This document shows positions 52,201-64,000 of a stretch of 64,000 nt of DNA, in pieces. The stretch is taken from positions 337,404,001 to 337,468,000 of the forward strand of contig OZ024743.1 of NCBI GenBank assembly GCA_964016885.1, written 5' to 3'. This DNA is from Eledone cirrhosa. Taxonomy: Eukaryota. How positions within the stretch are numbered: position 1 is the first letter of the stretch; every line of letters starts with the position of its first letter. The position numbers and the translations under genes are program-made. The notes beneath the pieces are model-generated. The model worked only from the letters and a program-made list of their open reading frames with translations, searched no databases and was not told the DNA's origin.

Positions 52201-52930
52201 GACTGACGGTGGTCATCTTCACTTTTTCCGGACCAGAAAACTATGTATCCTTCTCCCACTTCTTTCATTTGGGAGTGCCAGGGAGTTGGGTATCCCTTAT
52301 CTCACAGATATCGATGTTATATCTGTAGAGTGGATTGCAGATGAGGGCTGATCTTCGCTCCGGACCTGATATGTTAACCCGGAGTATTTTAACATTCCAG
52401 GAACCAAAATTTAAATTTAAATACTTTGTTTCATTTCGACCGCATATTTGAATAATCAGACGGCCATGGTTTCCTGTCAAATTAAAAGTTTGAGCAAACA
52501 TTTGTTTAGGGCGAATTTTACCGCCCCCCTCCCTGTGTAGGGAAAGCAGTGGTATGTTTAAAAAACCAGTTAGCTTTGTGTTAACAGTGGGATATCAAAT
52601 AGACAGAACTGATAGAGCTGTTGAGCTACCCACACAAACGGATTGCTTATAGTGATGAAGGTTTGTGTTGAACCAGCCACACTTTTCGAAAGTGTTGATA
52701 ACAAAAGATTGGAGCAAAATGTTTGCCACGAACTCAGAGAACAACACACCTTAGTATTGGATGGCCATTAACTCGTAAGAGTTCCCCCAGCCTTTGACAA
52801 GTTTTGTTTTTCCTTCCGTATGGTTTCAAAAATGCCCCCCCCCCCGCCAAGCAAGCAAGCAAACTTAGTGGTGTCACTGGTTTAATCGCGGACTACCCGA
52901 CCAGTAGCGCTCATAAGTGACCTGACACCT
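49262..52930 (-). mobile_element. Full-length but decayed RTE LINE
   Basis: FGSWNVKIL..PERRSALI (APE), VDLTKSFDTVNR, LFADDAAL and LYSSESW; 5'UTR at 52500-52930. Confidence 0.9.
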
Positions 52931-52959
52931 GGGCTTCATTGCACTCTTTCGACTACAAC

Positions 52960-53272
52960 ACGTTGGGCTTTGTTGTGCAGGAAACACTTGATCCATTACA
53001 GCAACTTTCCAGAGACACCAATGTTGGCTAGTTTTTTTCACTAGAATGTTGTGATCAACCCTGTCAAAGGTCTTGCTGAAATCAAGATAGATGACATAAA
53101 ATGTTGGAGCCCTCTCGCAAAGCTCTTAAAATGTCATCAAAGTGATGCAGGTGCTGCGCTAGGCAGTCCTTTCCATTACGGAACCAATGGTGGTTGGAGA
53201 TCAGCAGATTGTTGCTTTCAAGAAATTGAGCTATTCGTGATTTCACCGCCCTCTCAAATACCTTAATGATAT
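52960..53272 (-). mobile_element. CR1/L2-type LINE RT fragment
   Basis: IKVFER..FLESNNLL..YLDFSKTFDRVDH. Confidence 0.75.
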
Positions 53273-53520
53273 ACATACATATATATATATATATATATAT
53301 TTTTTTTTCCACTTACTCTGACAGTTGGCAGGTAAAGAGTATACGGTAGTGATGAAAGGTAATCACCCAGAAACATTAGTGACTGCCGTTCTGTTTATAT
53401 GCCAATACAAGAGCAAGCAAGAATGATGGGGCCATTCTACTGTCATGACTTAAGAGGCTGCTTACAAACGAATCGAATATTATTAATATTCGAAAAACTC
53501 AGATTTACATTTCTTATATA

Positions 53521-53660
53521 TATAGAAGTGGTTACACAACAGTTAGTTCAAAACAATTGTTCTCGGTATGGTGAACTAACAGTTGTGTAACCACTTCTAC
53601 CTAACTCGTCCCATGGACTGAGTGCTCTACCACTACGGATAATACCTTCCAGTGTTCTAC

Positions 53661-53662
<2 letters not shown>
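53521..53662. mobile_element. Small fold-back with tail, (TA)n-flanked
   Basis: Arms at 53523-53550 and 53572-53599; the tail contains CTGAGTGC. Confidence 0.75.
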
Positions 53663-53717
<55 letters not shown>

Positions 53718-53722
<5 letters not shown>

Positions 53723-54455
53723 GGAAAAAATGAAACGAAATTTCATTTCCCACTCTTAGTACGGCTGTTACTTAAATATAAGTATGTATACGTACATACA
53801 TATATGTATACAGACGTACAGTAGTATGTATATATATATATATACATACATGCACATATATATATATATGTTATATATGTACGTATAGACTCACCGAACA
53901 TTTATTATAATGCTCGATGTGTTTGTAAACAAACATCCCGTATTAAGCCGTAGTGTCTAGCAACCATCGTTGCTCATTTGTTCAACACTGACAAAGGACC
54001 GCTGTACTAGTTTCAAGCTTATTAGCTATCGTCAGCAACGTATAGCTTCCTGCTAGATGGTTGAACGTCTGAAAGTATATACTTTCCTTATGCATATTAA
54101 CGGCTGAGCAGCCTAATTTGCATATCGAGTGAGTTAATCGGCCGGGGTACCGAAAACGATAAACGGAAAAAATGAAACGAAATTTCATTTCTCACTCTTA
54201 GTACGGCTGTTACTTAAATATAAGTATGTACACGTACATACATATATGTATACAGACGTACAGTAGTATGTATATATATATATACATACATGCACACATA
54301 TATATATGTACGTTGCTGACGATAGCTAATAAGCTTGAAACTAGTACAGCGTTCCTTTGTAAATTCAGGCTGTTCAGTTTGTTTACAAACGAACAAAGCG
54401 GGCGCTATAATAAGCGTCCGCTAAACTGATGCGTACATATATGTATGTGTACCTG

Positions 54456-54521
<66 letters not shown>

Positions 54522-54953
54522 TGCTACTGTACGTCTGTATACATATATGTATGTACGTATACATGCATACTTACATTTAAGTAAGTGCCGTACTAAGAGT
54601 GAGAAATGAAATTTCGTTTTCATTTTATTACAACTCATCGTTTTCGGTGCGCCTGACCGATTTAACTCACTCGATATGCAAATTAGGCTGCTCAGCCGTT
54701 AATTTTCATAAGGAAAGTATATACTTTCGAACGTTCAACTATCTGGCAGATGGGTATACGGTGCTGATGATAGCTAACAAGCTTGAAACTAGTACATCGT
54801 TCCTGTGTCAGTGTTGAACAAAAAGGTGACGTGGTTGCCTTAACACCGTGTGGCATAAATTCAGGCTGTTCAGTTTTTGTTTACAAACGAACAAAGCGGG
54901 CGCTATAATAAGCGTCCGCTAAACTGATGCGTACATATATGTATGTGTACCTG

Positions 54954-55035
<82 letters not shown>

Positions 55036-55465
55036 TGCTACTGTACGTCTGTATACATATATGTATGTACGTATACATGCATACTTACATTTAAGTAAGT
55101 GCCGTACTAAGAGTGAGAAATGAAATTTCGTTTTCATTTTATTACAACTCATCGTTTTCGGTGCGCCTGACCGATTTAACTCACTCGATATGCAAATTAG
55201 GCTGCTCAGCCGTTAATTTTCATAAGGAAAGTATATACTTTCGAACGTTCAACTATCTGGCAGATGGGTATACGGTGCTGATGATAGCTAACAAGCTTGA
55301 AACTAGTACATCGTTCCTGTGTCAGTGTTGAACAAAAAGGTGACGTGGTTGCCTTAACACCGTGTGGCATAAATTCAGGCTGTTCAGTTTGTTTACAAAC
55401 GAACAAAGCGGGCGCTATAATAAGCGTCCGCTAAACTGATGCGTACATATATGTATGTGTACCTG

Positions 55466-55501
<36 letters not shown>

Positions 55502-55551
55502 TGCTACTGTACGTCTGTATACATATATGTATGTACGTATACATGCATACT

Positions 55552-55556
<5 letters not shown>
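53718..55556. mobile_element. Retrozyme-like HHR tandem array, two subfamilies
   Basis: HHRs at 54001-54039 (-), 54312-54350 (+), 54760-54798 (+) and 55274-55312 (+). Periods are ~443 bp (-) and 514 bp (+). Confidence 0.85.
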
Positions 55557-55591
<35 letters not shown>

Positions 55592-55594
<3 letters not shown>

Positions 55595-55783
55595 CGAAGG
55601 AAATGTGGTAAGGAACCAGATGGACCATAACGCACCAAAGTACTCAATACTTAGGGTAGTAGAGTGGGTAATAGGAACAAGTATGACCCCGACGGCAGAG
55701 CGCAAGCCGTTTCGACGGCTAATTTAGTCCAGAATTAGCCGTCGAAACGGCTTGAGCTCTGCCGTCGGGGTCATACTTGTTCC
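55592..55783. mobile_element. PLE pLTR fold-back mini-insert (family of 23255-27226)
   Basis: Same structure and end points as 14287-14489. Confidence 0.9.
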
Positions 55784-56299
55784 TATATATATATATATCT
55801 GTTTGTGTGTGTGTGTGTGTGTGTGTTTGTGTGTGTGCGTGTCTCTCTGTATGTGTTGGTGCAGTTTCGGTTACCTACTCTGTGTTTACACAGATATAAG
55901 GTGGAGGGGGGAGATACACATGATGAAACATATACAGTTGTGTGTCTTAGCACATGTCTGTGCTCATGTGTGTGTTTTAATATGTATATATGTACGTACA
56001 CATACACACGCATGTCTGTGTGGGTATGTGTGTGTGTATGTGTATGTGTGTGTGTGTGTATGTGTTTCTACCTTACTCCCCCTATCCCTCCTATCTATAT
56101 GTACCTGTACTTGAATATCCCCCCCGCCCCCAAACCAATCTACTATCACGCCACAAACACACACAGACGTACACACACACTCACATATACATATATACAC
56201 ACACACACATATAAAAAACTCCTCATTCCTTCAAGTCTTCATTCCAACCAAGTTCCTCAACACTTGCTAACAGACTTCACCGAAATTCTTTACCTCCTC

Positions 56300-57450
56300 T
56301 CATCACTGTCACTGCCACCACCACCACCTCCACCTCCACCACCAACACCATCACGACCACCACCGACACCAGCACCACCACAACCACCAGTACCACCACC
56401 AGCATCACCACCATTATCACTAGCGCCACCACCACGACCAGCAACAGAACAAGCAGCAGCAACAGTAACACCACCACCAACACCATCATCACTATCACCA
56501 CCACCACCACCACCACCTCTACCACCAACACCATCATCACTATCACCACCACCACCACCTCTACCACCAACACCATCATCACTATCACCACCACCACCAC
56601 CACCACCTCCACCACCAACACCATCATCACTATCACCACCACCACCACCACCACCACCACCACCTCCACCACTAACACCATCATCACTATCACCACCACC
56701 ACCACCACCACCTCCACCACCAACACCGTCATCACTATCACCACCATCACCACCACCACCACCACCTCCAACACCATCACCAGCACCTATATCACCACTC
56801 CAACACCACATTCTATACTACTATTGCAACTACATCCCCAACCATCATCTATACCACCACTATCACCAGTACCAATATCACACCTCCAACACTACCACCT
56901 GTACTACTATAGCAACTATCTCCCCCACTACCACCTATTCATTACTGTCAACAGCACCTATATTACCACTCCAATACCACCATCTATACTACTACCACCA
57001 CCACCAACACCATCATCACTACCTTCGCCACTACCACCACCACCACCACCACCACCACTACCCCCACTACCACCACCACTACCACCACCACCACCACCAC
57101 CACCACCATCACTACCTTCGCCACTATCACCACCACCACCACCACCATCACCAGCACACTACTATTATTACCTTCACAACTACCACCACCACCACCACCA
57201 CTACTATCGCTACCTTCGCCACTACCACCACCACTAACAATTACCACGGTTACAAGCATCACAACCAATCGTAGCCATCTCTACCAACATCAGCCTCTTC
57301 CGGCATCGCCACCGCCATCACTACGACTACTGTTCTCTCTAACTACCTACTACACTTCTCCCCCACCACCACCACTAGCACTACTGCAGCCATTATGTAA
57401 TATATTATTATATGTCACTCTTCTCACCACCACTACCACCACCACCAGAC
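56300..57450. repeat. (CCA/CAT/CTA)n low-complexity tract
   Basis: Degenerate trinucleotide repeats. Confidence 0.9.
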
Positions 57451-57659
57451 AAGGAAAAAGAGGGAAAAGGAGAAAGAAAGAATGAGAGGATGAGAGAAAG
57501 AAGGAGAGAGAGAGGGGGAGAGGCGAAGAGAAAGAATGAAAGAGCGAATCAGGAGAAGAGGAGGAGAGAAAGGGTGAGAGAGAGAGGGAAAGAGGGAGGG
57601 GGAGAGAAAGAATGAGAAAGATAGAGTTATAGTGAGAATGATATAGAGAAAGAATCAAC

Positions 57660-57812
57660 TCTAGTATTTTACTGGCATTTTATTTTATCAACTTCAAAAG
57701 GATAAAAGGCAAAATTGACCTCTCCACGGGTTTTGAACTCAGTACCCAGAGAAGCGGAACAAATACCGCAAGGTATTCTATCCGACGTTTCAACAATTCT
57801 GCCGATTCGATG
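57660..57812 (-). mobile_element. Diverged tRNA-SINE (another copy at ~58548-58660)
   Basis: AAGGATAAAAGGCAAA..TTTGAACTC core. Confidence 0.65.
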
Positions 57813-59014
57813 CCTGTATAACCACTGTCAATTTTGTCTTCCATCCATTTAAGTTCGATAAAAAGAAGTACCAGTCTCACACTTGGGTCGATTCTTCCAC
57901 TATTTTTCTTTCTCATTTTCTATCTTTCACTCTCTATACTTCTCTGAAAGAAATCTGCTGAATTCAGATTTGGAGAGGAAATGGGCTCCACCAGGTTTCT
58001 AAAAAATAAAGCCCTAGAAACGCCATATGTCAATACGGCACCCCTACGATTCTCCCAGGAGTTACGGGACCATACATATGCATATTGACCTAATAATCAC
58101 CTAACACAGAGGACATGAGAACAAGTGGTCTCGTTGTTGGAGTCCTCCCCTCCGACAATAAAAACTCCTTGAGTAGGGTTTCTTAAAAAAAAAAAAAGAT
58201 TTCGCAGCCAACGTGAAATATTGTCTTCCAGAGCAGACGATCAGAAGTAACATCACTATGTTTGTTATAGTGAAACCTTGTACCACTGTCTCGGAGATCA
58301 TATTGGCCGCATTCCTTTTTTGTAATTTTCCGTATTCGCATTTTTGGCAGTCGGTTATCCAATATTCTTTGAATGTAGCCATTTCATCGCAGTCGGGAAT
58401 ATATCACCTTAGCTTCAAAGCGGTTGAATCTAGTTCGAACTAAATTATTCTTATTTCTAACATTTCAATAAAGCCCCAATTACCATTTTAGTGTGTGTCT
58501 TGATTCCGTCACAACAGAAGACACTTTTGTAAAGTTTTCCAAAGACAACCCCGAAAGAATGAAAGGTAAATTTGACCTCGGCAGAATTTGAACCCAGTGA
58601 GTACAGAACCACAGCGAAAAACATAAATCATTCTATCCGCCGTTCTAACGACTCTGCCAAGTCGTTGTCATCTTATTGTAGATACTTTCTAGATAACGGA
58701 AATGGTTAACTTCTTCAAAAGATCGGTCATGAATTTGAATTTGAAAAGATGGGTGACTCCATTTCATGAAGAGATTGCTTAAAGACCATAGTTAAGAAAT
58801 TTTTTTTTTTTATGTTTGGGGCAAAACGTATATAAACATACACAAATATGTCTGATGTAACGCAGTCATCAGCATATTGAAGCTCAGAAAAAAAAATTCT
58901 TCCAGTTGTTTTGAGCCTCCGGAGGTTGAGGGAGCGCTTATTTTAAGGATACCGGATGGAGATTTCATCCTTCTTAATACTCTTTCAGTCTTCTTGATAA
59001 GATGCTTAGCATAG

Positions 59015-59349
<335 letters not shown>

Positions 59350-59494
59350 TGTATGTATGTATGTATGTGTGTGTGTATATATAGTACTGAAACGAAGACA
59401 CCAATCCAAGGGAATTAGAGTAAACACTTATACGTTAAACAGTGAGAAAAACGATTTCGTGTGTATAGAATATACATATATATATATATATAAT

Positions 59495-59620
59495 AATGGG
59501 ACGATTCCCGATGTCTATCGGGAGGTGACAACCATAGTTAAAAAGGGTACCCAATACGTTAAAGGTCTTTCTGATGATTTCATAGGAATGAAACTGTTCT
59601 AGTCCTGTAGAAAACTTATA
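59495..59620 (+). mobile_element. Solo PLE terminus with HHR (~59568-59612)
   Basis: TTT CTGATGA TTTC..GAAT GAAA CTGTTCTAGTCCTG TA GAA; same family as 62995-63177. Confidence 0.65.
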
Positions 59621-60236
59621 TCAAAATACCGGCAGCAGCAGCAGTTGTGATACAGTTGATAGTAAATCGTTATATGAGGGTGAAATAACAAACAACAATA
59701 GCAACAGTAATAACAACAACAGTGATGACAACAGTAACATCACCACCACCAGCACCACCACCGCCACAACCATAAAAACTACAATCACCACCACCACCAC
59801 TAACATCAAAAACAACAACAACAACGACAACAGCAACTGCAGCAAGCAACAATAAGAAACACAACAGCAATTACAACAATAACCCCCACAGACACCACCA
59901 CCACCACCAGCATCATCATCAACAACAACAACAACACCAACAACAACAACAGCCAAACCGAAAACAGTGCAGGCTGTGTCTTCGAAAGATCATATTTCTT
60001 TGACGCGAAAGAAGCCGGCAGTTTGTGAAGAGTCTATTTTAGGCGTGTTGGAAGTATTTTTGCTTATCTTTGCTGGATTCCTTCTATAACACTACACCTA
60101 ACTAAATGGTAAGAACATGCCACCATGTAGTTACAATAGAAAACTAATTTTGCAGGTGGGTGTTACGATGGTAAATATAGGAGTTTATGTGTGTGTGGGC
60201 ACGTAAATGTATATATATATATATACACACACACAT

Positions 60237-62010
<1,774 letters not shown>

Positions 62011-62278
62011 TAGTGTTGTCTAGTGTGTGTGTGTTATCTTTTTATGTGTCTACGATTTAGTAAGCAGTCAACATTTTGCTTGCCCCAAAGCTGTCGTGTG
62101 TTGGTGTGTATGTGTGTATGTATGTGTGTGTGTGTGTGTGTTATCTTTTGATTTGTCTATACGATTTAGTAAGCAGCCAAAATTCTGCTTGCTTCAACCG
62201 ACGCAATTGATCAACTCAAGATTCTATAACGCATGCACTGCATGCGTTGCATGCACGGACCCTTCGCCCTTGATATAT

Positions 62279-62372
<94 letters not shown>

Positions 62373-62494
62373 GCGTGCGCGCGCGCGTGCTTCAAGGTGT
62401 GTGAGTGTCCGCATCTGTTTTTCAGCTGTTTGTAGGCGTGACTACATAGGTGTGCGTACGTATATAGATATGTATATGCGTATGTATATAGATA

Positions 62495-62524
<30 letters not shown>

Positions 62525-62528
<4 letters not shown>

Positions 62529-62922
62529 AGTTAAAACAATGAAATAAAAAATCAAGTCAGAGATATACTTCACTGCTTTACGATCGTTTCTAGATGATGA
62601 TAATATATTGTAGCTATACTCCGTTATTGATCTATGTAAGGTTAGTTACAAAATATCAGATAAAGAGAACTAACCTTACATAGATCAATAACGGAGTATA
62701 GCTACAATATATTATCATCATCTAGAAACGATCGTAAAGCAGTGAAGTATATCTCTAATGACTTGATTTTTTATTTCATTGTTTTAATTTATATCATGAC
62801 TCTGTTTTGCTTTTAATGTTTTATTGTTTTTCGAGATTTATCTTAACCTACAACATTTTCAACATATGGATTACATCGAGTTCTTCATGCAGAATAGACC
62901 CCACAACTTACTGTGGATATCT
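62525..62922. mobile_element. Fold-back (~120-bp arms) with GAAA CGATCG TA and a tail
   Basis: 62525-62647 is inverted at 62668-62793. The tail is related to 36170-36280. Confidence 0.85.
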
Positions 62923-62927
62923 CTGTG

Positions 62928-62992
<65 letters not shown>

Positions 62993-62994
62993 TT

Positions 62995-63177
62995 ATATAG
63001 ATGAGATTCTACAGGACTAGAACTGTTTCATTCTTTATAAATCATCTGATGATTTGTAAAGAATGAAACAGTTCTAGTCCTGTAGAATCTCATCTATATT
63101 AAAACTTTTATACTCTGCTATGTATTGAGTACCTTACTTACTGTGGTTACCTCCGATTCAACCAGGAATAACGTACC
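62995..63177. mobile_element. Fold-back centred on an HHR CTGATGA core, with tail
   Basis: Centre AAATCATC T GATGATTT near 63047; GAAA CAG..CTG TA; tail contains TTGAGTAC. Confidence 0.85.
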
Positions 63178-63251
63178 TATATATATTTATATATATAAAT
63201 GAAAGTATAGAAATTATTGTGAGCATGAAGCCAACAGAATTTCATAATATA

Positions 63252-64000
63252 CTAGCAGTAAAGCCCGGCGTTGCTCGGGGTCGCTCAGTAGCTGTGTTAA
63301 AGTTACAATGTTAAGTTTCTTTTTTGGCTTAAAAACTGTAGTGTCTACTATGCAGACTTGCATGTGGTGTTTTTGATTAATATTCCCTCAACCAACAATA
63401 TGCCTTATGAAGTTAAGAAAACATAACGATAACCCCAATGTTATAACAAAAGAGGATGCTGGGGATAAAAACTGCACTGGTTATTTATTAACAAAGTTCG
63501 AAAATGTAAACACTGCAACGCAGAGAAAAACATTAGCGTAACCAAATTATCAGTTATGTCTGTCTGCACGCCTATATCACCTCTCTGCACGACTGTCTGT
63601 CTGCACGCCTGAAATATTTGCTTGTTTTACGTAGTCTTTAAATAGACTTGTTTTCAAGTAAAAATATTGTTTTAAAATGCTTTTAAATGGAAATGAAGCA
63701 AAACGGAAGCCTAGTGTTCGAACTGATGAATTTTGCAGGTCAATATTTTGCTGGCTCGACAACTGTCTGTTCGTGTATTGTGTTAATGTCATTTTAAACG
63801 CTGAGAAAGCCAGCGTAATTTTTTACGTAAGACGCTCAATGTAAACAGAACAAAGGGAAATAACTGATAACTTACGCTCAAAAATCGATACATTATATTC
63901 GATTTCGTCACATAGAGTGGGTCAATTTGAAATTTTTTTTTCCGATGTCTTCGCTAGGGCTCAATGTACAAGTATAGCAATTTCGGTGCAATTCCGTGAG
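63252..64000 (-). mobile_element. Helitron 3' portion (continues beyond window)
   Basis: Reverse complement of CCCCGAGCAACGCCGGGCTTTACTGCTAG|T, the same 3' end as the other two Helitrons. Confidence 0.85.

Noticed and set aside
55805-57274. 489-aa Pro/His-rich extensin-like ORF
   Set aside because: Starts within (TG)n and runs through (CCA)n low complexity; an artefact.

Overview
Repeat-saturated, AT-rich animal genomic DNA. The (TA)n/(TATG)n/(CA)n/(GA)n density and the SINE/Penelope repertoire suggest an octopus-type mollusc (inference only). The only host gene evidence is the last exon of an S1 (trypsin-family) serine protease (GDSGGP, 4217-4372). The rest is mobile DNA: R4/Dong-type RLE retrotransposons, a near-full-length Tx1/L1-clade LINE, RTE LINEs with a 610-bp RTE-derived non-autonomous element, tRNA-derived SINEs, a mariner remnant, three Helitrons and at least six Penelope-like element (PLE) copies or fragments. 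Most ORF-track entries are microsatellite artefacts. Reading by eye finds about 20 hammerhead-ribozyme (HHR) motifs, none tested. The most notable observations are: (i) a non-circularly permuted HHR (strand order C-B-A) in a 532-bp terminally redundant ORF-less element at 21345-21895; (ii) two ORF-less HHR tandem repeats with retrozyme architecture (514-bp and 593-bp units); (iii) about a dozen microsatellite-flanked fold-back inserts, most recognisably PLE termini with one short arm and one tailed arm, three of which stop at the same Inr-like base inside the ribozyme.
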